Positions 45,349-59,419 of a DNA stretch of 64,000 nt are shown here, in pieces. The translations under genes and the position numbers were made by a program. The stretch comes from Nymphaea colorata. Taxonomy: Eukaryota. The DNA lies in NCBI RefSeq assembly GCF_008831285.2, contig NC_045138.2, positions 5,332,001 through 5,396,000 of the forward strand, read 5' to 3'. Position 1 is the first letter of the stretch, and each line of letters opens with the position of its first letter. Below the pieces are notes generated by a model. It was not told the DNA's origin. It worked only from the letters and a program-made list of their open reading frames with translations, and did no database searches.

Positions 45349-48106
45349 GCACACACATGTGGATGCATACATATATAAGTGTGTGTGGGTGTAAAACATA
45401 TATTAGTGACATATATATGGACATGTATATGCGTGCACATCCAAATTTTGAACCGAATCTGGCTGATTCTCAAATCGTAAGGGCATTGGATATAGGATAT
45501 TTACTTAGAACTAAATCTGATCTGAACCAGATTGGATGTCATTTCTTAAATCCGAATCTGATCTAAGTTTTCAATTGGGTATTAATTTTTTTTCATATCT
45601 AATTTTTTTTCATAATGGTTTGGTCGGATATGCGATCCAATCGGATAATCTCTCGAATGGGAACTGACATATTTATTTCTGCAACTCTTTTGAAGGTTTT
45701 CTGGGCTTTGAGACAAACCATTTCAGCTTGAAATGACTGATACCTATGTTAGATATGGCAACTACGTTCCCACTTGTAGGATCCTGGATAGGATGTCTTT
45801 CTAATTCAGCTTCTAAGTTTTGTTTGTACAAATATTTTGCTTATCAACATTTTTATGTGATGTATTGCAAATTCTGGCAGCTTGGCACATCATGAGTTCT
45901 TATTTTATTATATAGAACTTGTTGCATCGTTCAATATTGATGTAAAATTATCTAATTTATTTAGGTCCATCAAACAACTGAAAAAAAATATCCGGACAAA
46001 TTTTCTATGGCCATTGAAATTTAGCAGACAGGAAACATTTTCACTTTCACCCTAATCTAGAAAATTTTATTGGAAAAAAGTATTGGAACCTTTCCTATGG
46101 CCATTAAAGGAGTCGGATCGTTTGATAGCAAGAACACTCGAGGAATACCCAACGAATCTGCTGCAAATATTAGAGCAGATCTGCATAATCAGTTTTAATG
46201 TTATAATCATATACAATGTAGTTGGGTATGGCGTTACCATTTCCTACATAATCAGGTTGGTATGGTAAGTTATTAACTTTTTAGGCTCAGATTCAGATAT
46301 GGGAGAGTTGGTTCTATGTGTCACCATTCCCGACTTTATCAGGTTTGCTTAATGAGTTCAAAACTCAAAATCCATTTTTGAGAAAATTGGATCCAAACCA
46401 TTCCCGAGTCAGTTTTACATGATTAGTTTTAGACTCAAAATCAAATATCAGAGAGTTAGTTTCAAGTGTTAATGTTTTAGATCTAACCATTTAAGACTTA
46501 AAGGCATAGTGCCCACATGAAATGAATTAAAGACATATCCTTGTACGTGTCTCTAGCCTGATTCGCTACGTTATGCTTTACTAAAACACTAAACGGTGGA
46601 ATCTTTAAAAGGCTCGAAACTCATTGATTTTCTTTCTTGGATGGAACAATTTACTTTTTTCCTAGAGCTTGTTGAAAGTACAATTAGGCTGTTCTAAAAT
46701 TTGTAAGAAAATATAAGTGCGTAATTTTCTATCTTTTTCCTGTACAGAGAGACTGAGCTATTGATTGGATGGATCAGCCAATTCACTAATTAGATTAAAT
46801 TAGTCAAAGACATTGAATAATTATCTTTTAAAAATTAAGAAATATGTAAAACTTAATTTGAAATAAAAATTCATGTTATTTTAAGAAATATTTAGAAGCT
46901 AACAAATAGATAACATCTTTGAATTGACTCCACAAACCCATCCTATTTAAATCAGAGGGTTTTGACGACACAATTCCTAGCATTTGGGAATCAACTATAT
47001 ATATATATATATATCTTCAAAGAGATTGGTGTAAAGTGAGAGCCAGTTTCTATTACAAATCCTTAGAGCTAAGGTGGAGTCGAAAATTTTTCATGAGGGG
47101 AGCCAAATTAAAGTTTCTAATTTTTTTGACAAGGGCCGCAATATCATTATATAGGATAAATGAAATTTTCAACCCCGCCCTCGTGTTATACAAAAGAAGT
47201 TAGTGACTTGAAAGCAGCCTTCCTACTTTAAGGAAGGAGAGGTTGGTAAAAGCTTCAATTATCTTATATGAAATAGAATTAAATACTATAAAATAATCAA
47301 CCACGTACTCTAGAGTTGCTAAATTAAAAAGAAAATGAGAGGAATGTGGAAAAAGAAATGATTGGACCTTAGGCTCTATTCCAAGGAGATACGGAATAAT
47401 CCATTTTCAAATTTTCAGATCCTGGTTGTTCCCATTAAACTTTTAGAAATATCCAGATTTCAAGTCCAACATCCCAAGATTTTGAAGAGTTACAGGTTCA
47501 ATCTGATTCACACGCTACCAGATCCAGTCAATTCTATCCCATGTCCACTTCATATTTGATCAACAATTGGATTCAAAAAGTCTACTTCATACTTGATCCG
47601 ATAAAAACTTGGACGTCAAAATCCAACTCATTAACGAGTCTTAACCATGATCTGATCCGTGATTATTTTTGTTCAATTATACTATAAAATTCAGAATATC
47701 ATTTTCAGAATTCGAATCATAAGGGATTTGAGCTCCACCTCCATTACGATGCTAACAATCATTCCGATGTAATGTTGAACATTGTTAGTTGTAAGCAATG
47801 TTATTAAAGTCCTTTGTTAGTTGTAAGCAATGTTATTAAAGTCCTTTGTGAAGTGAATCGGCGAGGCTGCCGATCAAGAGAATCGGTCAAAAATATTAAA
47901 TAGTCACTTTAAAAATAAATAAAATTTTATATAAAAATAATTAAAATAGGGAATTTTTATTAAACATCCGCCCGTGAACTGAGCCGGCCAGTGTCGTGTC
48001 CAGTGAATCGGTCAAAAATAGTAAAAAGTCATACAAAAAGAATAAAGAAAAAATTGTAAATTTTAAATTGTATGAATAACGAAAATATAAATTGTTTTAT
48101 TAAAAA

Positions 48107-48364
48107 TAGACCTGGGCACCGGACCGCCACCAGGGTACCCGGCCTGGTCGGGCCCGGGCTCAATGGTGCAACCCGGCCCGATGCAGCCTATTAAAATTTA
48201 AAAAATTAAATTTTTTATTTTAATAATATGTATTTATTATTAAAAATATTTTTATATTAAAAAATTATTTTATAACTTAAAAATATTTTTATTATAAATC
48301 AGGCCGAGCTGGGTCGGGCCGACTCGAACCCGGTTTTACTGGGTCGGCCCCATGCCCACCCCTA
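48107..48364. mobile_element. hAT-type MITE related to the 8713-9753 element
   Basis: TAGACCTGGGCA.../...TGCCCACCCCTA; TSD ATTAAAAA/ATTAAAAT; AT-rich quasi-palindromic core. Confidence 0.8.
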
Positions 48365-48611
48365 ATTAAAATCCCTTTATGAACCGGGCAACCAATGAAT
48401 TGTCGATTTGCTAATTCAGGCATTGCTTGTGAAACAGCCAAAAATACTGAAAAAGTCATTTCAAAACGATAAATTGAAAAAATAATTACAATAGAAATTT
48501 TTTATTAAAGGTCCTTTTATGAATTGAACCAGTCAGTTGCCCATTCAGTGAATCAGCTGATGTGAATCAGTCAAAAATATTAAACCAGTCATTTTAAAAA
48601 ATAAAGGAAAC

Positions 48612-48648
<37 letters not shown>

Positions 48649-49417
48649 GATATTAAATTTGGTCAGTACTTGACAGCATTACTTTGATTGGTTGGAGAAT
48701 CGAATTGGTTTGCTACTGATTCAATCCCACTTGCCCGATCCGATTCGAGAGATTATTACTTTAAGATACCAAAGGAAGACTTTTTTTTTATGAGAATTGC
48801 ACAAATTTGGTACCTTTTTCAAACTCAGGTACGCAAAAAATGCAAAACTATGTAAGAGTTTTTGTGTAATTAGATTCAGATGTCCGTTTGTTTTGGATGT
48901 CTACCCAAGTCAATAAGAAATCCTGTACAAAATTTGAATTTGGTTTTTGGTCAAATCTGATTTCTTGCCATTAAGTCCAATAAGATTTGGATACAAAGTG
49001 ATTTAAATGATATATCAAGTATTTTTCAATAAAAAAATTAAAATTATGGTCCTTTAAAGTTACTAGAAAAGTCAAAAACGTTTTCTGGTAGGGTACTCAT
49101 TCAATAATTTTAATTTCTTTAGGGTCCTTACATGTATAACAATCGAATATATCAAAACATTAACATATATATTAAACTAATTTTGTAAGGCTCTAAAGAC
49201 CATGTGGCTACGCCAATTTAAACGCAAAAATAGGCAGCAAATAAATCAATATTTCCTATAAAAACAACATTAATTAGACGTGCCTTGGTGTTCCCAAACA
49301 TGCTTGCGGCGGTGGTGCATATTTTGTATAAAACTTTCGTGCTACAATGACCAGATGGCGGCGCACACTCGGCCATAGCTTCTCGCAAATGTGAGATCTG
49401 CGTTAGAGGTCAGATGG

Positions 49418-49812
49418 GGGTGGTCTGATCTCTAATCTATGGATTTCAACCTTTCCATGGATTTGAAATCTATGGATTAGAGACCCATAGTTTGTTTTTT
49501 CCTTGGATCTCTCGAGGAAATCCGTCCTTGGATCTATAATCCAAGGTAATCAAACATAGACTAAAAGACAATTGCATTAATGATGGTTTATGATGCATAA
49601 ATAATTAACGGTGTTTTGGGGTGGTCTGATCTTTAAACCACATATTTCACTCTTTTGGTGAATTTGAAATCTATGGATTAGGGATCCATAGTTTGTTTTT
49701 TCTTGGATCTCCTGAGTAAATCAGGTTTCAGATCTGAAATCTGAGGTAATCAAACACAACCTAAGATACAATTGCATTAAAAATGGTTTATGATGCATCA
49801 ATAGTTTATGGT
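49418..49812. repeat. Imperfect tandem duplication of about 200 bp
   Basis: GGGGTGGTCTGATCT...TGATGCAT occurs twice, about 200 bp apart. Confidence 0.75.
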
Positions 49813-52800
49813 GGTGCAGTTCATTGTATATCATGATATAATATAATTTGTAATACTATTTTACTAATCTTTGCTCACCTTGGTGCCCAATCAAAGTGTA
49901 ATCACCCCAAATTTTTCGAAGCTCAAAATCTAATTCATAGATCCAAATTAGATCCAAAACTTAAGTGCAAATCCAAATAGAGTATTTCAGACCCAAAATT
50001 CGAATCGCGTTCAAAACGACAAAAAATTCGAGCGTTGCGTGTCGTTTGCCCTTAAATCCTAATTGCAAGCCGATTAAACAAAAGTTGCGAAAGCTTGATC
50101 CTCGACTAGAAGGCCCTGTAAAAGAAGGACTAGATGACCTGCTAAAGACAAAATTCATTCGCGTCATTGATTACCCCGAATGGTTGGCGAACATCGTGGT
50201 GGTCCCCATGAAAAATGGTAAAGTCAGGTTGTGCATCGACTTTCGAGACTTGAATAAAGCCACACCGAAGGATGATTATCTTCTTCCAAACATTGATCTG
50301 TTGGTAGACAATACTGCAGGCCATGCAATGTTCTCTTTCATGGATGAATATTCAGGATACAATTAGATCAAATTAGCAGTCAAAGATCAACCTAAGACCG
50401 CTTTTACTACACCCTGTGACACTTTTTGTTACACGGTAATGCCATTTGGGTTGAAGAATGCTGGAACAACCTATCAAAGAGCCATGGCTGCCATCTTCCA
50501 AGACCAGATGCATAAAATTATGGATGCGTATATCGATGACATATTGATCAAATTCAAGACGAGAGAAGATCACATTGAAACTCTTGCCCAAGTATTCGAG
50601 AGGCTTTTACAGTACATGTTTCACTTGAATCCTTAAAAATGTGTGTTTGGGGTTGAGTCAGACAAATTCTTGGGTTTCATGGTCAGTAAGAAAATGATTG
50701 AAATGGATCTTACTAAAGCTAAAGTAATAATCGATATGCCACCACCTACCAACATCAAGGAGTTGTGAAGCTTGCAAGGACGAATCCAATCTACCAGACG
50801 ATTCATTTCCAATATGGCCATGAGATGCGAACCATTCAACCAGCTGTTGAGGAAAGACGTCAAGTTTGAATGGGGTTTTGAATGCCAATAGCTATTCGAA
50901 AGGATCAAGAAATACCATCTAAATCCGTCAATTCTAAAACTCCTGGTGTTGGGTAGACCATTGTTGCTTTACATCAGAGTGAATGAGTTAGCATGTGGCG
51001 GCTTTTTGGCACAATATGAGGAAGGAAGTCACATCGAGTATGCAAGCTACTACATTAGCAAGACTTTTGTCCAATACGAAAAGAAGTACTCTCCAATCGA
51101 AAAAATTTGTCTAGCATTGGTTTGGATGTGTTGGAAGCTGAGACATTATCCTCTCCAAGCTTAATCCTCTCAAGTATATCTTAGAGCAGACCTTCCTTAA
51201 TAGACGCATCGCCAAATGACAAGTTCTGCTAATGCAATATGATCTTGAATATGTGTCTCAAAAATCAATCAAAGGACAAGCAACTGCGAATCAGTTAGCA
51301 AACTTCCCTTAGTACAAGGAAATCAGAGCGAATGATAACTTTCTAGACGAACATATAGTAAGATTGGAGATGGTTCCGATATAGAAGATGTACTTTGATG
51401 GGTCTAGAAATGTGATGGGAGTAGGCATAGACATCTTACTCATCACTCCGAAAGAGGAAATGATCTCATACTCTTTGAAACTTAATTTTCCATGTACCCA
51501 TAACATGGCTGAATATGAAAGCCTCATACAAGGACTTCGTTCTTTATTGAGTTTTCAAGTAAAAAGGGTGCATGTCTTTGGCGACTCTCAGCTTATTATA
51601 AACCAAGTGAATGGAGAATGACAAGCCAAAAACGAAAAGTTGGTGCCATATCAAGAGATCGCTATCTCCTTAATCCGTCAGTTTGAAGAAGTACAACTGG
51701 CTCACATAAAAAGAAAAGGTAACCCTATTGCGGATGGCCTTGCGAGCTTATGATCCACTGTCACCGCCTTTGAAACAGTGACACATGTTCATCATATCCA
51801 AGAGGGGAATATGCCTTGATACCATGACATCAAAAGGTACATTGAAAGAGGAAAAATCCCAACTGAAATGCTAAAAAATGAACGAAAAGCAATTCAGCGT
51901 ATGTCAACAAGATACTTTATTCTCGCAGGAGTGCTACACTGACGTGGATTTAGCACTGAATACTCTCCGTACCTTGATAAAGATGAGACAAAGGAAGTCG
52001 TCGAAGAATCACATCGAGGAGATTGTGGGGGCCATGTTGGTTATCAAACCTTCACCAAACAGATAATTTGAACAAAATATTATTGGCCTACTATGCAAAA
52101 AGATTGTCATCAATTCGTCAAAAGATGCAAAGAATGCCAATTGCATGCCCCAGTGATTCATGCCCCAACCTCGCACTTGCATTCTATAACATCTCATTGG
52201 CCATTTTCAATGTGGGCATTTGATGTAGTTGGACCAATATCCCCTACAGCTTCCAATGGCCATAAGTATTTTCTTGCTGCAATAGATTATTTTACCAAGT
52301 GGGTAGAAGTCGTCACACTCAGAACAGTGGAAGGATGTCATGTATTGTCCTTCATTCACAAAAATCTTCCTTGTAGATTTGGAGTCCCTCATGATATAGT
52401 ATCTGATAATGAGACTCATTTCAAGAATGAAAAGATGATAAAGTTGTGCAGCAAGTACCGCATCATGCATCATTTTTCAGCTCCTTATTATTCTAAGGCA
52501 ATGAACAAGCAGAGGCTACCAACAAGATCCTGATCTGCATCTTGGAACAGATAGTAGAAACTATAAGAGATTGGCATGAAAAGATATATAACGCTCTATG
52601 GGCATATCACACCACCATGAGAGCTCCAACAAATGCAACTCCAACAAAGCTGGTCTATGGAACAAAAGTGGTTCTACCATTACATGTGTTGAAACCCACT
52701 TTAAAGTTCGATTCTCTCATAGAGCTCCCTCTAACTTAATATCAGCAAAAAAGGATAATGCAGCTTGATTTGCTAGATGAAAAGAGGCTGAAAGCGGCTG

Positions 52801-53194
52801 AACATGAAGCTTATCACCAAATGGTAGCCAGACAATTTGCCAAGTCAGTTATCGAGAGACAATTCAAAGTCAATGATTTGGTCCTACGATCTGCGGTGTA
52901 CCTAAGAGGACGACCACAAGGCAAGTGGACACGAAATTGGAAAGGCCCATATATCACTAAGGAAGCCTTGCCCCATAATTCATACCAACTAATTGATGCC
53001 GATGGGGTGCAACTTGCCGATCCTGTTAATGCCCTTCACCTCAAGAAATTTTGCGTCCAATTCTCTTGTATTCATTTTCCAATGAATGTCAATTATTTGT
53101 GTTTTCGCATCTACTATTCAATCTAGATTCTTTCTAGTCGTAAAACATGACAATTACTCTGGGGTATTTTTTTATTATTATCGCCCAGGGCTTG

Positions 53195-53465
53195 AGAGCA
53201 ACCCGTACAGGTAAAGGGTTAAACCTGTAATATGAGGGCAACCCATGCAGGCAATGAGTTAAACATGCAATGTTAGTCAAAGCAACCCATGTAGGTAAAT
53301 GTGTTAAACCTGTGCTACAAGCCAAAGCAACCCACACAGTTAAAGGGTTCAACTTGTGATGCAAGTCAGGGCAACCCATTCAGGGGGTTAAACCTGAATT
53401 TGAAGTCGGCAAACACGTGCAGGTAAGGGGTTAAATATGCAATTTAACCTCAAACAACCCATTGA
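53195..53465 (+). repeat. About 50-bp tandem array (GCAACCCA..AGG..GGGTTAAACCTG) in the Gypsy 3' region
   Basis: Five to six imperfect units visible downstream of the integrase. Confidence 0.8.
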
Positions 53466-54079
53466 GGTGAGCTGTGGCATGCACAAGTGCGCGGTCGCAA
53501 GAGACAACACATCGCCCAACCGCGCTGTTGTGGCAGCGACCCTTCGCACGCACGGGTTTCATTTTTTTAAAAAAAATGAGTTGTTAGGGGCGTTTTGGGC
53601 TCATTTTGAGTAGACATTTACCCTCCCTACACTTGAAAAAGTAATTTTTCAAGCCTAATGGCCAATCATTCTTATTTCAAACCATTTCTTTTCAAAATAA
53701 TTCAAAATTATGTGAAATTGGGATGAAATCTTATAAAATTAAAAAAAATTCAAATTTTAGGTTTTCGCTCCAAAATCCTCCATAAATACAAACATCTTGC
53801 CCCTTCTTGAGTAAGAGTGGCCCTTGGGAGAAACTCTAAAGTATTCTCACTTGAAGACTTAGGGTTTCTCTTGAGCTCTCCCTCTTCCTCTTTCAATTTC
53901 TCATCTTCCTCTCCAACTTGGAGCAAACTGCAACTCTCTTGGGGACATCCTTTTCATTATCTTGGGAATTTTTTTAAGGTAAGTCCAAGATCATTTCAAG
54001 CATTGTTGTTTATTTTTTTATCAAGCATTGTTGTTTATTTTTTTAAGTCATTTCCTATAAGAGGTATGTAATCATCATC

Positions 54080-54570
54080 CATCTCATTTCTTTCTTTAGT
54101 TTTCTTTCATCTTCATCTCCCCATGGCCAAAGGAGATAACACTCTTTAGAGATAAGATGCTATGTTCAAGTGCACCGAGAGCATAGAAAGATGAGATGAT
54201 CTTTCATTTCATGATTAAATCATGTTTTATCTTTATTGAAAATAACATTGTTTCTTTTTTCATTTTTCTCTCATCTTCATATCCCCATGGCTAAAGAAGA
54301 TAACACTCAACCTATTTTTATAGACAAAAGGCTATGCTCAAGTGCACCGAAAGCATGAAAAGATGAGGTAATCTTTCATTTCATGATTAAATCATTTTTT
54401 CTCTTTATTGAATATAGTATTGATTCTTTCTTCATTTTTCTCTCATCTTCATCTCCCGATGGCCAAAGGAAATAACACTCAACCTCTTTTTTAGATTTAA
54501 GAGGCTATGCTCAAGCACACCGGGAGCATGAGAAGATGAGATTATATATCATTTCGTAGTTAGATCATGC
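54080..54570 (+). repeat. Three copies of a 160-175-bp subrepeat inside the Gypsy LTR
   Basis: TCATCTTCATCTCCCCATGGCCAAAGG...AAGATGAG occurs three times. Confidence 0.8.
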
Positions 54571-55298
54571 CCTCCCTCCTAGTTGAACTTTTCTCATTCC
54601 ATCATCCTCCCTCTCTCTCTCTCTTTCTTTGAATATTGTTTATATATTATCTATCCATAGTTGCTTGGTTTTTCATTTATATGTGAATGTATGATGAGAA
54701 TGAGAGTGTGGTTTGAGGTTCTTTATTTTTGTCTTTATATTAATTTTTGAGGTTGAGACTTGTTCAACCCGGAAAAACCTTCACGAATATGTACATGTTA
54801 AAAATGTATTATCATGTCATTGCGCATAGTTTCATTCTTAATCACCCTATTAGAAACCCTAATGAGTGCCTTGTTACATTACTTGATTTTCTTCCATACC
54901 TAACGGTGGAAGATTTTCCCTTGTAACAAACCAAATAATAACATTCTATGCTTGTATATAAATCATATTTTACAAATATTTTTTAAAAAGCAAATACCAT
55001 CTCTAATGTGGCTTTGGATATTTAGCTTAGGCTCTTACATGAGTCAAAGTTCCTCTCTGGCCCACATCAAAACTTGAAGTTTGTTATTTTCCATTTCTTA
55101 ATTTTAAATCTCATGAAGACGTGCATGTATATACATGTTATATACATATATGTGTACATGAAGATTTTTTTTTATGTTTCCATACTTTATTTTACAAATT
55201 TTCATATACATATAAATGCATATTTACATGTGTTTTATTTTCTCTCTCTAGAACATTTTGTTAATCTTTTCAAGTTAAATGTCTTATTCTACAAATTT

Positions 55299-55343
<45 letters not shown>

Positions 55344-56970
55344 TTTTCTTTCCCTCTCTATTTAAGTTAAGACTTCATTTTTAAAAGCTTATACAAATAT
55401 GTATACATACATATGGAGAATATATATCTCCTTTTATTTCAAAATCTTTCATCTAATGATCTTCGAAGTCCTTTTTTTTTTCTTTCTCTCTCTTTTTTTA
55501 TAAGAATGTTGCATATCCTCCATTTCTTTAAACATTTTATCAAGATCTTTTGTTTAGCGACTTCACTAAGACCAAAAATCAAGTAATGACCCAATATTGG
55601 ATTCATGCTCGATGGTCTAAACCCCAATCAATTTTTAAAAACTTTTCTTTCTTATATATGATGTTTATCAAAACAAAAATGTTATATGAATGTTATGATA
55701 GAAATGCAATTAGATGAATGTTATGGTAGGAATGAATGATTTTTCTTTCCAATCATATAAGATCAATGCATTCATGCATTTTCACCGATTTTATTTCACT
55801 TATGATCACAAACACCTCTCCAAAAGAACTTAAGCAAGATGAGATTAAGCTCTAACTAGGAGGTAACCGAATTAGAGGAAAATTTCAAACCTACTTAAAG
55901 TCTTAAGAGAACACTAAAGTGATTTCAAAATGATATTTACTAATTCTACCTTTTCTCCAAAACAGTTCATATTTTCAAGCAACTCATGAAAAATCTTTTC
56001 AAAAGTTTGAAACACCAAACTTTCAATATTTTCTACACCGCATATAGAATCAAAAGGATGTTTAAGTTAAAACGAATTGTATCAATGATGAACAGAGCTC
56101 TTGGATTGATTACCCCTGGTAAAGGCGCCCGAAACGGTCGATCCTTGTATCGACGGATGAGTCACTTTCTTTCCTATTTCAAAACAAAATCTCATTTTCT
56201 AGAGCACTCCAAAACCAACCAAAAAATTTGGGATGCAAACAATATTGCACTAGCTATAGCCCAAAAAAGTAATACAGTCGAAAAAGAGAAAAGAGATGGC
56301 CAAGTATAACCCACGTAAGTGCTTCCTTATTCCCTAGTGCTTGTTCTCCATAACCAACTTAATATTGACTACATGGACAATACACGACAAATTTTGCAAT
56401 ATTAATCCAGGGTCCACCTTTCAGAATTGACAAAATATTTGGATTTATTTTTTTGGGCACACATACACGGAGCAGTACCTTTAGACAGATTTTCAATTGA
56501 ATTCTGAAAAGTTAACAATTTTATTCTTTTACCATTATTATTGAATGCTTGTCTGTATTTAATGCAAACAGTAAAATGCAACACAGTTTTCAAGGGAGGT
56601 TGGAAGCACTTGGCATCTAGTAAAACCAACAAGACTTCATTATAGGGATAAAAGCATGAACATGTACACCCAATAGTTGAAAAAAAATGTCAACTAATTA
56701 ATTACCAATCAAAATTTGCAAAACACATTTACCATGGTTATTGATGTACCTGCTGGTCTTGAAACACTGGTACCATTTATGTGTAATTTTTGCTCAAACA
56801 AAAGAAAAAGTGTCACCACAATTAATTTTTATTTAATGTTAATGGAAAAATTAATAGGATACATGCATGAATCCACATGTTAAAATAGTAGATTGTTCTG
56901 ATGGTAAACACCCTCAAATACAAGAAAGGGAGAGTTCAATAAGCCAATGGATCAATTGACTCTACAAATG

Positions 56971-56972
<2 letters not shown>

Positions 56973-57057
<85 letters not shown>
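56973..57057. repeat. (AC)n(AT)n microsatellite
   Basis: Directly visible. Confidence 0.95.
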
Positions 57058-57058
<1 letters not shown>

Positions 57059-58439
57059 TTAGGTCAGGGATAAAAACCGGACCCTTTAATTTTTTACTAA
57101 AAAAATTATTTTAAATAAAATATAATTTAATGGGTCTGGTCTGGCTTTTGTCTATGTACGCGAGACAGGTTTTTCAAGTCTAGGAAAACTTGGTTTTGAC
57201 AAACCTAGTTTTGATATCGTGTCAAGTATTTGTACAATTGAATTGAAAAAATTAGTATACATAGACAAAGTAAAAAATTTGAGAGCATGCAACATTCAGC
57301 TGAATACAGTATATATGTGGGTCTGCATCACATATCTTCCCAATCGATCATTTGATTTTTGATTGGTATATGTACACAATTAGAAATTTCCCATCACTTG
57401 CCTAATCATGAAACTTTCTTCATATTTGCAAGTTGATCAAAACTTAAGGTGCGCTTCAACTTAAAGATGATGTAGACATGCAGGATCAACGATAAGACAA
57501 AAATACCTTGCGAGTGAAGTCGGTCAGGTATGATGAGTTATGAGTCATAAGTGCAATTACATATTCACGAGACTTCAGTACAGTATCTAAATAGTTTTCA
57601 CATAATAGCAATATAGACCAATCAAAAGTGGTTGTATTGGTTTTATTTCCTTTTGTCCTTATAATAAGTTATCTTTTCATCTTTGGCACTCTCTTTTCTT
57701 TTTGTATGTCTGTCTCGATGAACGGGAGGTTAATGACTCACCACCTAGAAAAGAAGCTCGAAGGTCCTCCCTTCCCTTCACTGATCTTCAGAGTCTTGAG
57801 CTGTGTGAGCATCAGACATTTTCTCATTTGAACTCAAATTTGGGGTTTTTAATGGGGAACATGGATTTAAGTTCCACATTTTTCAGTCATGCCAAGATCC
57901 ACAACTTAATCAGTAGACCCCACCAAAAGAGGACTAAACATTAAAAGGGTTTTTGGATAAAAGGTCATTTTAGTCTTTTGGAGCAACTGAATGCTTTTGT
58001 TTGTGCCTCAGGGGTTTAGTGCTTGGGCCAGCAGCTAGGATAAGGTCCACTTTTGTTTGATTTACAGGAACATGAACCCCTGCTTAAGCCAAACATGCAT
58101 AGGTTGGCATCACCTTTTCTCAACCCAGCCACAAATGATCATGTGCTTGTACACTTCCATGTTTAGTTGTATGCTTGTTATCGTTGTTAATTAGCAGCAT
58201 AATTAAACCTCCATTGTGACTTTTATGAGAGATTAATTTGCTTGGTAAGTTTATGAAGGTTTGTAGTTGGAGGCTCGAAATAAAGGTACCTACAACTGCT
58301 CTTGAGGAGATGGTTTTAGCTAAATGAGGTGCGCAAGCAAAGAATTTATCAATGAGAGCTATCTTAAAACCTCCCTCTGCAAGTTTCATACTTATCTTTG
58401 AATACCATTCTCTTGGGGACTATTTTAGTCAATACAGGG

Positions 58440-58945
58440 ATTTATGTAGCTTACATACAGTCTGATTTTCTCCCTGCACTTTGATTCCTTGGGCAAGTTT
58501 CATATTATTTCTTCATGGAGGTATTCATGAACGAACATGTATTTAACGTCTAGTTTAAATAATTGCCACTTTTTTATTGCAAAACTAACAATAGGATTCT
58601 TATAGAGCTCATTTTAGCCACTGGTGTGAATGTTTCATAATAATCGACTCATTGAACTTGTGCATAACCTTTTCCAACCAATTGTGCTTTGTATCTCTCT
58701 GCTTTTCCTTCTCTGTTGTACTTAATTTTGTATGTCCACCTGCACCCTATAGGTTTCTTTCCTAAAGGCAACCAAGTTTTGTTTTTATCAATAGATCTCA
58801 GCTCTTCAACCATTGCTTCCCTCGATTTTAGTTCACATGTTGCCTCCTCATATGTTTGTGGTTCCTTCTGAGGGTACACATTGGTAAGACATGTTTGACA
58901 TCTTGTAGTTAAACTATTATTTTCTATTATGTAGGACCAATGCAT
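58440..58945 (-). mobile_element. Copia remnant (start of RT)
   Basis: EPQTYEEA...PLGKKPIGCRWTYKIKYNREGKAERYKAQLVGKGYAQ, followed by DYYETFTPVAK and QLFKLDVK. Confidence 0.85.
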
Positions 58946-59414
58946 TCATACATTCACATGCACTTAACATCATAAATGATCACAAACATATCCCTAAAAG
59001 AACTTAAGCAAGAAGAGATGAAACTCTAATTATATAGTAACCGGATTAGAGAAAAACCTCAAACCTACTTAAAGTTTTAAGAGAACACTAAAGTGACTTC
59101 CAAAAGATGATCTTCAAACAAAAATGTTTTACATTCTCAAGTGATTCTTCAAGAACTTTTTCAAAAGTTTAAAATATTAAATCTTCAACATTTTTTCAAA
59201 CACAACACCACATTTACAATGAAAAAAATGTTTAAGTCAAAACAAGATGCAACAAGGATAAACATAGTCCTTGGGATTGATCATCCCCGGTAAATCCGCC
59301 GGAAAGGTCGACTTTCGTACCGACAGGCGAGTCTCATTCTCTCTCATTTTCAAAACAAAAACTCATTTTTCTGGAGCACTCCAAAAACCAAAGAAATTTT
59401 TGGGGATGCGAACA
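58946..59414 (+). mobile_element. 3' end of a second copy of the Gypsy LTR
   Basis: Direct similarity to about 55763-56241; ends GGGATGCGAACA. Confidence 0.8.
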
Positions 59415-59419
59415 CCCGT

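Larger units (their letters stand above)
49897..56241 (+). mobile_element. Decayed Ty3/Gypsy retrotransposon of the Tat/Ogre group: 5' LTR stub, pol pseudogene (about 50040-53050), 3' repeats, long 3' LTR
   Basis: Starts TGTAATCACCCC; RT (WLANIVVVP..RLCIDFRDLNKA, MPFGLKNAG, YIDDILIK); RH; extra aRH (MYFDGS..NMAEYE..GDSQLI); integrase (WPFSMWAFDVVGP, IDYFTKWVE, GKWTRNWKGPY); many stops. LTR ends GGGATGCAAACA at 56241. No matching TSD seen. Confidence 0.9.

Noticed and set aside
53195..53465. Regularly spaced repeats that might suggest a CRISPR array
   Set aside because: Units are degenerate tandem copies without unique spacers, lie inside a plant retrotransposon, and no cas genes are present.
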